Source: Lingula anatina (Eukaryota; Animalia; Brachiopoda). From it: a stretch of DNA of 64,000 nt. Positions within the stretch are counted from its first letter, which is position 1. Each line of letters opens with the position of its first letter. The DNA lies in NCBI GenBank assembly GCA_051362555.1, contig CM120640.1, forward strand, positions 20,708,001 through 20,772,000, in the 5' to 3' direction. The notes beneath the pieces are model-generated. The model saw nothing but the letters and a program-made list of their open reading frames with translations, had not been told where the DNA came from and did no database searches. Both the position numbers and the translations under genes were made by a program. Positions 44,601 through 57,800 of this stretch are shown here, piece by piece.

Positions 44601-45115
44601 AATTCTTATTGAACTATCTGAATGAATATGAATATGAAAACACAGAGAAACCGATAGACGCGTAATTAGGTGAATTATTGGATACATAAATAAATAAATA
44701 AATTTAAAAACAGCTGCAATTCTTCCTCTAAATCTCTTTTATTGAAAAATCAACCAGAACTACAATGAAGTCGACATTCCCTTACAGTGACCCAGTCGGC
44801 GAGTGGGTACTTTGAGGTGGCATTCGTGAGTGGGGAACAGGTGTATGCTTCTGGTCAGGTTAACTACAACTTTCAACCAAAAATGCCAACATTGACTTTG
44901 ACTCCAAGTTCCATCAGGACATCGATATCCAGGGGAAAAACTCGACTCTTTGAGGTAAGTTGGTCGACATCCCCCCCTATTGCCATACCTGACACTGAGC
45001 AGCTCGCGGACCGACAATGTGTTCGGTTTTATGAGGACGGCTGTATAGCAGAAGACGGTCGTGTCGATACGGGGCCACCCATCAGTGAGTGAAATAAACA
45101 CGATTTTAGCCTTTG

Positions 45116-45157
<42 letters not shown>

Positions 45158-48100
45158 TATTATTATTATTATTATTATTATTATATTCTTATATGGCGCA
45201 TCCCGTTTAAAACCTCAGTGCGCCTTACAATTAAAGAACTAAATAACACAATTGAGAAAGATTTAAAAATGACAAAATTGCGAGTTAAAATGGCTAATTT
45301 AAAGTTAACTATAAAGATTACAGATAGTTTGTCAAAATTCTAAAAGTTGGAGTCTAAGACTTTATGATGATGATCTAGAATTATGAAAAGGACAAAAGAT
45401 CTAAAAGAATAAAAACTAGGCTTGATCAATCACAATAAGCTGTTTAGGCAGAGTGAATGGCGCACAATTTTTCAGAATTCACAAATTACTGCAATCCTCC
45501 CTTCCTTATAAAAAATTTGGTAACCGGATCTTTATGTGTTGTAGAATATATGGCATATTTTATTTCTTTAGTAAAGTTTGGAGTAGAACATTTTGGACAT
45601 TTATTTAGGTGAACGTCACTAACAGTGGTCTTGCCACCGCACACAACATCTACGTAGATCTGGGATCAGTGGACATTCTATCAGTGGCTTCCTTCAGCAA
45701 GAAGGGTGATCCGTCTACCGAGGATATTAAGTTCCATCTGGATCAGGGGGAATCAGCAACTCTAGTTCTTTCTGCTCTGATTCAACAAGACGCATCGCTG
45801 GGGCAAACAGTCGGGAATATCCTTGTACGATCTGACGAAGTCGGCTCGAGCATTAACTTCAGGTGAGTAAAAACTTACCCAATCGGTCCATTTTGGAGAT
45901 GATGCAGGTAGGGCTGCTGCCATGTTGTTATACGTTGACGTAGCTTGCAATGAAAAAGTTCTGAAGTCCTTGGCTGACGTCTGTCTGGCAGCATACATGC
46001 TATTCTGTATACACTGTACCAGATAAGGTCTGGTTGCTCTGTTTTTTTTTAAGTAAGATTTGGCCTATATCTATGTGAAATTGGATTTGGAACCCCTGGA
46101 CACAACCTAAAACCGCCTTGATGTGTTTTCAGAATCACGACCACCTCAACTCGCCTTGTGGACATCTACGTTCTTGTAGAAGACGAATACACGTATTTTG
46201 GCACAAATAGATCCTATCTAGCCAACGCAACTGTCCACCTTAGAAACAAACTAGAAAATATACGTTTAACAGCTAAATCTAATGCATCAGGTGAGTATCA
46301 TAAAATGGGTCCGTGTTGTTTCATTTTAATAAATTTATTTAAACCAACATTCTTTGAAAGCAGTGAATGCAAATATAATTTAATAGACCAAAGCTGCTGC
46401 AGTCCTCATCATAAATATATTTTCATAGTAATTTAAAGGTTCGTCAGTGTCAGGGTCACAAAATAATAATAATAATTTCTACAATTTTCAGGGATAGCTG
46501 TTTTCAAAGATGTAGCAGAGTCTTTCTATGATGTATATGCCGAGGCAGAGAAACACACCCCATTGTCCAAAGTTATTGCGGCAAATGAAGACCAAAATTT
46601 AGTTCGAATGTTTCTGGAGAGAACTGGTGTCACATACAAGTAAGACTAAGTGGATATTAGAGAGTTTTGGCAAGGCCTTCCGTATGACGTGTAACGTATA
46701 CTTCAATACGTAATACGTTTTACGTACACGAGAAAGCTAGCAGTGGTTTTGGCAGGTCTCACTCCGTATGTGGTTTTTTCCGCCAGGAGCCGCTGGGGTT
46801 TTAAATGGGTTGTAGAAGTTTACCTCCTTCAGCAACATCTCGTCTATGTCATCAGTAAAATTTATGGATTTTTTCTTGGCTGACATACTGACTTTCCTGA
46901 CTTTATTAGCTAGGCTATTATATTATGATTATCTGCAATTCAAAGAAATAAAATGATAAGGGTATAGGCCTATATATATGGATTACACGAACATGGGGCT
47001 GCTTGTGGATTCTTTTTAGATAGATGAATAATTAAGATGTTGAATGGAATGTGTTATCTACGTCAATTGATGTCGCAGATCCTGTTGTTTATGAAAAAAA
47101 ATCAACTTAAATTGAATTTGATACTACTACGGACGACTGATTGACTGGCTGTTTTCCCAGCTGTTTTCACAGAGTATTTCTACCGACAGCGTCTAAAAGT
47201 GATTCAGTGGAATCTTAACACCCTATATATTCCTCTGCAGTATGTTAAACTTGAAAGAAATAAGCGTAAATCTATTAAATTTGATACGTTTCTTACCTAC
47301 GTGTAATCACCGATTTATACGTAGTGCCGTATGACTTATGACTTGTCGTTGAGAAAAACTACGCACAAAGTGATGACGTCGCACGTTATACGTCGTACGG
47401 AAGGCCTTGCCAAAACTCTCTATTAATATTGCATACGTATCGATATCAAATGATTTTCGGGAATCATAACCATAAAAAATAACACTCAATTTTTCTTTAA
47501 ATCTCAATTAGAAGAGAGCACATAATTTTGTATGTCATTGAATTCCTTATTTTTTACTATTTATACCTATTGTCTACAAAAAAATGATTGTTTCACTAAT
47601 AATACTTGTATACAAACTGACCTCCTGAAAACATTATTTTCCACAGTTGGAGAGTAGAACCAGTGACGTTTGAGGACAGATACGTCATCACTTTAGAGGC
47701 AGATTTTGAAACTCAGGTTCCAATGCCAGTTGTCACCATAGACCCAAAGGAACTGGATCTGGATGTATTAGAACGTTGTGCATACGGCAACAGCATAACG
47801 TTTACTGTAACCAACCACGGTCTCGTACGAGCAGACGATTTCCAGTTCACTTTGCCAGATGCAAACGCACACCCTTTCTTGAGATTCGCAATGGTAATAT
47901 TCTTGTTTATAAGTATCTAATAAGTCTTGCAGTGTTTTGTGAGCAATACATCTAATGAAAGAATAAGAGAGAGTCATAATAATATATCACATTAGATTGC
48001 GCTTTGCAAAACACAAAAACACACTTTTTTGGGATTGTTGGCAAGACCAGCGTTTAAACGAAAATCTATTACCAGCTTATGTCATACCAAGCTTCATGTT

Positions 48101-48825
48101 TGCATGGTGAGGTATGTGGCACAGAAGATCCATTTTTTATGCAAGCCAAGTTTAGCATAAATGTGCATTCTCGTTTATCGATTAGTGTAGGTCCCTTTAT
48201 AGTTTTATAGTTTCACGTCCAATGACAAAAACAGAACGTCTGTTAGTGTCTAATGTGTGAAAATTGTTTTATTTTCTACAAGTCTCAGACAAATCGACAA
48301 TAACTACATGACTGTTCTTCAAATGAAAACATTTTTCAGGCACAGGATGGTCCTATCGGCGACATTGCCGCCAATACTTCCGTTCAGTTTTCTGTACTGG
48401 TATATGGGTGTGGGGTGCAGGCTGATGAAGCCACTGGTCTTGCCCCTGTCGTTGCTCGGCAAAGAAGGGCATTTGGAGGCACTGTGTAAGTTAACTGCAT
48501 ACGCATGCATACGCTTCCCAGCGGGCAAATTATGTTGCTTTAACGTTGAAACAACGTTGAACCATAACGTTGAGAAGACATTGAATAAACGTTGGATTTG
48601 AAAGTTGTGTCAACCTCAGATAACAACGTTGTATCAACGTCAGAAAACAATGTTATATCAACCCCACCCAGCGGGAAATTAGCCTGGATGTGTTTAGCAG
48701 TAGGACATGTTTGATGGCTAAATATATGTAGAGTATAAATGAATGGCCTTTAAGTTAAAATTTCCAAGGTTTAGATAAATATATATATAAGAAGATAACT
48801 ACAACCATATATAACTGTTATTACA

Positions 48826-48886
<61 letters not shown>

Positions 48887-51800
48887 TTGAATCAGCTGTT
48901 TATCTATACATACATTTTCATTCTCTCACTGCAGGTGTAGCAGCGGTTTTTCTTTTAGTGGTTCATATTCGTACATTTGTGACACCAAAAGAACAAGGAG
49001 TTTTTCAGTGCCTGCTCGACCCAGGACTGCAAGACCAGCTTGTATCTCGATAATAATTAATCCTCCTCGCGGAGGTGGAGGGCCAGATGGAGGGCCAGGT
49101 GGGCCAGGTGGAGGGCCCAGTGGTGGCGGCTGCTGTGCGGGTAAATACATTTAGTTTTGTGCCCTCACATTCTATTTCTCATTTATTTGATAAAAACACA
49201 AATAGCTAGCTACATTTGTGTGAACAACCTTTGGCTGGCTCAAATTTTGGTTTACACAATTTTTGGTAAAGAGGAAAAGAGCGTACCTCCCCCTCCCTCA
49301 AAAGAAAGGGAGTTGGGGTTGGGTAGCCCTCCACAGCTGATCTGTCTCCACCCATTTTTTCTCGAATTAGCTCAAGGCTCGACCGGTCGTCATTTCACTA
49401 CACAATGTCAGCCTTAGCATGTGATTGAACTGATGCTGATTTTTTCAGCTTCCACAATATTTCGGCTAACACGTTTTTTGGCTTACACGTTTTTTGGCTT
49501 ACACGTTTTTGGCTTAATCCTCTTTAGGTTCACACGTTTTTGGCTCACCCTACTTTTTGGCCTCTTTGCAACCCCACAAATTGAAATGTGTGCACTATTT
49601 CTTTGGAAATTATATTTTAAATGTGGATATTTCAGCCGCACACATTATGTTAAATGTCATTTTTCAACACTATTCAATGTTTATCATTAATCTGCTTATT
49701 TTTTTAAGTAATGGGACTTTCAATAAACCCGGCCGTCATCGGCCAAATTTCGAACATCATACTGGAGTTTGTTTCATTATTTTATCTGCACGTCATATTA
49801 TTTAAATTAGCTTAGATCAAGGAGACATAAATGCACTATATCACGTTAAGTCAACATACATGCATTTTGTTATTGATATCAGTGCTACACATTCGATACC
49901 ATTCTATTGTATCCATATTCCAGGTTCCTCCAGTCTTACCGTCACTGTCACCCAGGACGTGTCTTGTGAAAAATGCGTGCTCAACGTTGTCGACTGTATA
50001 CTTGGAAACGTTCCACCTTGTACGTAAAGAGATGTTTTGTGGTCCAAAATATTCTCCTTTAGATACAACATAATTAAACTTAGTTTTACCGGATATTAAA
50101 AAAATTGCAGCTTTCTTTATTTTAGACCCAGGGCGAGAAGTTCACTATTTTACCAATTGAAGGCTTTTTTTCTATCATGATTAGTAATTACAAGAGCTGT
50201 TGAGTATATACTGCAGAAATGTTTAAGCAACATACATGTACTTTATAATTGCAATAGATTATTTTTGACAAATTTTATTGTATTTTTTAACCACCTAAGG
50301 TTTTTTTTCTTTTTTTCCGATATAACTCAATTGGTTTGTGCGTCCTTTTTGCATAGATACATGCGTGTAAGATGAACGTTAAATAAGACACGTTATCTTT
50401 ATTTCGTAGTCCCGTTCAGTTGCGGCTATACCATCGGAACAAAGGCTCGTCCAGGAGCTCTAGGAAACGGCGGCGCAGTGGGCTGGGCAAAGGATGTAGC
50501 GGACGTTGTTTTTGCCTGTGTTCCCGCTTTGTCTGTCCTGTCGTCAATTTGGGGAGGCTTAAGGTAAGATAGAACTTACATATACTAGTAAGTGCTAAAG
50601 AAAAAAGAGATAAGATGGAAAGGAAATGGCCATAGAAAACATAATGCTTAACTTGGCCAAGTTAAGCAGAAAAGGGCGTTTTAAATCGCGTCGGCAGATA
50701 CGATTGTCTGTATATAATGGTGAGACAATTACCAGCCTAGCAGTACGTGCGCAATTGCATCCAAAAAGTCAGCGCAGAAATGTATTGACGTAGGGGCTAA
50801 AGTGAAGCTGATAAGATTGACATCATCTATATTTATAGGAGATTGTGATTTTTACACATTGCTTTATGAGATTCAGATAAGAATCTGTTTTAAATTCGGG
50901 TCGATTTTGAACTTGATATTATTTATCATGAATCAGGTGTATAGAAACGATTGGAGACGCATGTTTGCCGTCAGTGTCATATGAAAGAAGACGAAGGGCA
51001 ATAAGTTTACTTACAAAAGAAGAGGTCGCTCCCATCTTAGCCTACAGGGTTCAGTCGCTCCAGAATCTGGTTCAGTTGATGCTCATGTTCGTTGATGAAC
51101 CAGAACAGTGGTAAGTATATCTTTAAAGGAGGAAATTATTTCACTTATATTTTATATAATATATCAGGATTTTTCTAGATTTTAAATGCATAGCGCTCAC
51201 ATGCAATTGGTAAATAGCTTTCTGTTATCTGCCATATGTTCTTTTCAATTTCCATCGTTTTCGAAACCTTTTTTCTCTATATCTAAATACGCATTTGTGT
51301 ATCTAGACTGATATGGTCACCAATATATCATTTAAGGCAATTTGTGGACGCCAACGTGTGGTGGAAAAATCAACTCCGACCTCTGCTGGCAGACGACAGT
51401 GACGGCGGCCATCTGATAACTAGAGCTGAACTAGATTCCGTTCGAGGAACTAATCCAACAAACATGTCTGAAGTCATGATGGAAAACTTTGTCACGAGGC
51501 TAAATAATTCCTTGACTAACTGGGAAAATGGAATACTTGAAGGGCAAGGAGTCATCAGTTATAACAAGGCGTTAGAACGTATGAACAGAATCACCAACGA
51601 TACACGGACCGCAAAAGATGTTAGTTCAAATGGGTAGTTTGATTACTACTTTTTCCTTAACACGTTTTTAAAGAATATCTTGAGAGATAAAAAATGTATT
51701 AAAGCTGTGTTACATATCAATGATATTAAAAGGATGTACAATGTTTGTCGCAAATACTGTAGTAAATTTAGATTTCATAACGAGAGGAAACAAGCCTGCA

Positions 51801-54800
51801 GAGATTTGCACTAAGGACTCCATCTAGTGTTTTTTTTATTTTTATTATATTTTTTTAAATTTTTTTTTTTACAAAATGTGCGCATTGAATCCTAATGTTA
51901 TAAGACACATATGTTTCATTGGCGAAAAATAGATAAATAGACAGTTTTATTTTTACTCTAGGCGGGGGCGCAAACCATTTTTGATTGGCACAATGAAGCG
52001 AATCAGCAGTTTTTAGACGCAAAGACGGTAACCATTTCTTTTTTTTTACATTTCCCCAATGTTTTCACAGTTGGAAAATGTTGTTTCTGTCAAAATGTTT
52101 ATTTGAATATGATGATCTTTCTTTATGGGCGGTGGTTACAGGTTTTTAAGTATCAAACAAAACGGGTATAATCAAGTGTATTACATGTTTGTAAGCTGCA
52201 ACATATTTATGAACATGTGTATTTTTCTAGGGCAGGGGTGTCTGTGCCAAAGTTCGGATCCAGATCGTGCAGGAATTGGTTCTCACAAGAGATGCGTTTG
52301 AAGCGACACTGGAAATTGAAAATGGCGAGACAAATACTTTGGAGAAGATTAGAGTTGAAATAATAATCACTCGGAGTGAAACTGGCGAAAGAGCAACCGA
52401 ATTGTTTTCGATAGGTAATGCATTTTTTTTGTAAGAATAATGATCTCCAGTAATCTTTTATGGCAAAAATGCTCATGTTATATGTAATTAAAGAAAAGCC
52501 CGTCAATTTAGATGCCGATTAATTCTGTTTATGTCATGATACTTAAAAACGTCTTTTTCAGACAGATATGGTCACAGTTGAACTAATATTTAAAAATTAT
52601 GCCAACTTTTTTTTCGTATGCAGGATTAACAAACAGAAAAACGGGGTCGTTTTACCGAACTTCCCTGTGGTTGTTCTTTTTAAAAAAAGACCAGTTTGGA
52701 TCACATATTATATTTTATACTCAGGTCAGCCCAAGCTATCCGGATTAACGGACGTGTCTGGAAATGGTACCCTTACTCCAAAACAAGAGGGAAGCTCTAT
52801 CTGGCTTATAGTACCTTACAGTGAGGCGGCACCTCAAGAGGACACTCAATATGACATGGGTACATTAAATTAATCAGTGATTTGTGTTTAATAGTAGTTT
52901 ACAGTTTTCAAGTATTGATAGTGGCATCCGGTGCTTTCGAAAGTAAATGCATTATGGTGGAAATCAATGACTAATATTTGTTTGAAAAAAATCCGAGTTT
53001 AGAATAGAATTAATAGAGTATTTACAGTATTTTAAACATTTTTCACTTGTAAAAATGCTTTGATTGGATACTCGCATCTATTTTACATTTCATTGGTATA
53101 ATTGGTGGTAGGATGTTCAATATTTAGCCCTTACTTATCTTGCAGGAGGGAAACTATTTTATACACTCAACGGAGAAGAAATCACAGTTCCTCTTTTCCC
53201 TGACACCGTGACCGTTAAACCAGACCCACGCCTTCACATTAACTACTTCTTGGAAAAGTATGTCCTAGGGGACGATCCATTCACAACAGGTACCTGGTGT
53301 ATACAAAATAATTTTTCTATTGTAGAGGTGGCAGATATTTATTATTTCAGTGACGTGTCAGTTGAGCAGCAGTATGAAGAGGATTGGCAGCTGAAAGCCA
53401 TTGCGGAAATTGGCGTAATTGCATTGGCTAAGATGAGTACAAAAAAACTGAAAGACTTTCAAAATGCAGCTTTAAAAAATGAGAACTCCTCTCATCTGTC
53501 GCTTTTTTCCGCAAGTTCATTTTACGAATATATATTGCATAGTAGGTTAATAAGACACTTTTGTTGACTTTTTCCAGATGTTGTTGAACCATCGGTCCCA
53601 TTCTCGCTGGGAGTACTGGTTTCAAATACAGGGTATGGTTCCGCAAACCAAATGCAGATCACGTCAGCTCAGCCTGAAATTATTGATAACGAGAAGGGAC
53701 TACTTATCAGTTTCAAAATCACTGGCGCTCAGTTGGGGGCAGAACCGATTTCGACGTCCTTGACTGTGAATTTTGGAGACATACTACCAAATACTACAAA
53801 AATGGCGAGATGGATGATGACGTCATCGCTACCAGGAAGATTTTCTAATTATTCGGCGACGTTCGAGAATATCAATCCATTAGGTAATATTTTAAGATTT
53901 TATACTGTTTTTGATATTATTGATAAATATAAGTGTGTATTCTGAATAGATATTGTGGGTTGAAATAGGTATATCCCATGTTATTTATTCATAAGCAGAA
54001 ATGTCTAACATTTACAGAAAGGTCAGTACAATCGTGACGATGGTATTGACTTCTGTTTTTGTTGCTACCCGAGGTAGAAAGTACAAAACCTTTTTTTCTT
54101 TCATATTATTTATTCACTATTTCCAGTCCCATTTTCTCCATCTCTCCCTTTACATCTTTCAATCTCCTGCGGCCTTCTCGCTGTTTTACCCGCTTCGTGA
54201 AATTTAACCGCCAACCTCACAGAATTTCGACCCACAAAAATGTTTGTCCACTCAAATTGAATGTGAAATATTAATTTGTTTTTTTAGGAGACCCTCAGTT
54301 ATCAGTTTTAGATTCCGTTGAATTTCACGAGCTTCTACATGTCGTTCGTGTGGAACCAGACGACGGCATTCCGGACTTCTTGGTCGTGCCAGACATGAGT
54401 TTGGATTTACTTCCCAATTTTATATACACCAGTCACGACGGAAACAACCCATACCCTGTGTCGTCTGCAAACATAACTCATGTTCAGTTTAATGGAGGCA
54501 AAGAAATAAAGGTACCACAATGGCAGTAAAAGCTTTTAAACTCCTAAAGAAAAATTACTATGTGTTCATTGGCATATTTCTTAATGAAGATCAGAAATTA
54601 TTTATCTGAATTTTTTAAATTCTTCTTGGCAAGTGAAAACATATAGACATGTATACAGTAGGCCTGTTAACGCTCACTTTTTGATATGAAATAAACCAGG
54701 TAATGCACGTAATCTTTATTAAACAATCTGTTGTTAATATAATCTATCTTTTTACAGTTAACAGTGAAGTCGGACAGCAGCGGTTGGATTTATGCCAGAA

Positions 54801-57800
54801 CTGAATTCAGTGAAGATTTATCACTAGATGTCGACTCTGTTACTCGTTCCGATGGAAAAACAATATTACCTGACTACAATATGTGGATTGGCAAAATAAA
54901 CGACAATTCGTTACTACAGATTGTAGATTTTTATGAAAATACAACCGGCGTGCACATGTACATGTACACCGTCAAGCTGGCAAGAAAAAATATCTTTGCT
55001 CCAAAGTTTGACCCGACATACATATCACTGAATGTTACTGAAGGGACACCAACTGACACTCTTATTTACACTGCTATGGCCACAGATAACGACACTCCCC
55101 CTGAGAACATGGTTTCATACCACTTACAGAGTACCGGTAGTGTGCCTTTCAGCGTAAACGATCAAAGCGGGGAAATCAGGGTGTCAGGAGATCTGGATAG
55201 AGAAATGGAGGACATCATTTCATTCCGTATTCTAGCAACGGACGGAGGGGAGCCACAAAAAACTGGAACTCTGTCCGTGGATGCCCATGTTATCGATGTC
55301 AATGACGAGTACCCTGTATTCAACCCCACTCAATATTCAACAAACTTAGAGGTTGATGCGCCAGTATCATATTCAATTGTTCAAGTATCGGCTACAGACC
55401 GAGATAGCGGTTCCAATGGCCAACTTACATACGGCATAAACAATCCAGATGGAACATTCGAAATTGATCCCGACACTGGTGAATTACGGGTGGCGTCTTC
55501 GTTAAACACCTCTTTGTCGCCTTATGTGTTGGAGATATTTGCTGAAGATCGTGGAATTCCCCCGAGGCGCAGCCCAGTGCTCGCACAAGTGACCATTAAA
55601 GTAACACCTGTAAATCGCAATGCCCCTGTATTTGATGCTGACGTCAACAGTTTCTCGATAGCGGAAGCTGCTATTATAGGCACGGTGGTTGGCTCTGTGT
55701 CAGCATCAGACCACGACACCTCACAGACGGTCACATACATGCTGGGTCCAAACCAAAACATTCCTTTCGAAGTGAACACAACCAGTGGAGCCCTGAGAAC
55801 AACTGGTGTTTTGGACTACGAAAAGGCCAAGTTGTACGAGTTTACCGTTCTTGCAAAGGACAACGGCAACCCACCGACTGGAAGTCTAACTGGCACCACG
55901 ACGGTGTCGGTAAATGTTACTGATGTGAACGACAACGCAGCCGCATTCGCTGACAATGCATACGACGTGACTATCCTGGAGGACTCTGAGATGGGAACGA
56001 ATGTCATTCGCACGGTCGCTTTTGATGCAGATTCTGGTGAAAATGGTAGGATCTCGATTGTAACGTTAATAGGATCTGACCTTCCATTCGAAGTCAATTT
56101 TGATGGATCCAACGTAACTGTGCGGACTGCGGGTTTGTTGGACAGGGAAACCAAGGACTCGTATGTTTTTAATCTGGTTGCTGTGGATGCCGGGGTTCCT
56201 CAAAAGACGGGTTTGGCACAGGTCACGGTGACAGTAGAAGATGTGAATGACAACCCACCTGTCATTACGCCGCCAGCCGACCCGGTGACCTTGGCACCAG
56301 ACACGCCCGTTAACACTGAAGTAACCACAGTCCAGGCAACCGATGCTGACATCACAGGTTTATATTACGTTTTTCTAGATGATCGACAACGAATTATGTT
56401 CATGTCTTATAATCTTAGAGTGAAGTCTCGCTTAATGAATATCTTAAGGTAAAACCTGCACGTGATATGCCACACGGTACTTTTACTGGTACCGTCAATG
56501 TGTATATGAGGAATAGATGTGTTATCATAGAATGAACTAAACTTGTATGATTATTATAGTCCATTGCCAATATCAATTTTGTACTATGCTTTTAGGAATG
56601 CTTCGATATTCTTTGTCGAATGATGGTTCCGGAAAGTTCGCCATCAACGCTGAGACTGGGGCTATTCGTCTAATAAAGCCATTGGCCGCGGCCCAGACAT
56701 CGTTTACTGTCGACGTTTTGGTAACAGACGGCGTGCATAATGTCACGGCCAGTGTCAACCTGCAAGTTGCAACGTCCAACACCTTTGCTCCCTTTTTTAA
56801 CAAAACCAAATATGAAACGATGGTAATCAATTATATTCTTTTATCAGAAAATTGTACTAAGTTGTGTCAATCTTAACTTAATACCTCAGTACTATTTACG
56901 CTAACTTCCGCCCTCCTTAATGTAAAAATAAAGAAATAGTTCGTTATAAAACAGATACAACAAAAGTGTTACCTTCTCTAGACATGAGACCGACTTAGAA
57001 TGTAAGTGGAGAGTCAAGATTTACCAATATTGATGTTACAATTAATCATAACACTTAATATATTACAGGTACTCGAAAACTCTGCCCCAGGGGTAGTTGT
57101 AGAGACGGTAGTTGCAACTGATCAAGACAGCAGCGTAGTGACGTATTCTATAGCTGATGGTAATGTTGGGAGTGCATTCACAATTGACGCCGTTTCTGGT
57201 AAGTTTTCATTCCACTTGACACAGTTAAGTTTATACAACATTATATGGAAAATATGTAGTACTGGATGTTCCATATGCATTTATTTTAACAACAGTATGT
57301 AATTCTGCCTTATACACTTTATACGTCAATCACCCTACGTATTTATATCGAAACAAGGGGTTGGTGCAATTAAGAATTTTTTTTCGGAATTAGACCTAGC
57401 ATTTATACTAAAGAACATACTTTTAAGTATTAAAATTAAATTAAAATTAAGTATTTGGTATTTTAATCAATAGCCTTAGAAGGGCAAATGGGTCCGAAGT
57501 TAATTGATTGCTGACACTCTGTTGAAAGGAAGAAAAATGGCGGTCATTTTATGATACGGACACTACGATAAGCTCCTTCACCGATCCCTTTTTGTGGATA
57601 GCAGATACAAAATATTTATCTAAGAATTGAAGAAATTTCTAGAACCAGAAGTATTGGTTATAATGTAATTCAATTTTATTTTATTTTCAAGGCCAAATCA
57701 CTGTCCAAGGAAGTTTAGACAGAGAAAGCAGACCTATGTATAATTTGACAGTCGTGGCAAGTGACAGTGGCATCAACGGGCAAAATATCCTCACCTCAGC

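Noticed and set aside
44955-45092. Open-frame extension past exon 29 to a second GTGAGT donor at 45085
   Set aside because: That donor is phase 1 while exon 30 needs phase 0; the donor at 44955 gives continuous domain sequence.
27305-49565. Short repeat clusters considered as CRISPR-like arrays
   Set aside because: Units are degenerate and tandem with no unique spacers, in eukaryotic intronic context with no cas genes.
50410-50563. VVFACVPALSVLSSIWGGL as a transmembrane helix
   Set aside because: Only moderately hydrophobic and flanked by Cys. A single TM here would put the cadherin repeats in the cytosol.
53290-53567. Coding-looking read-through in intron 43 (EQQYEEDWQLKAIAEIG...)
   Set aside because: It interrupts the GDDPFT-D-VVEPS motif joined by exons 43-44, ends in a stop and has no usable donor.
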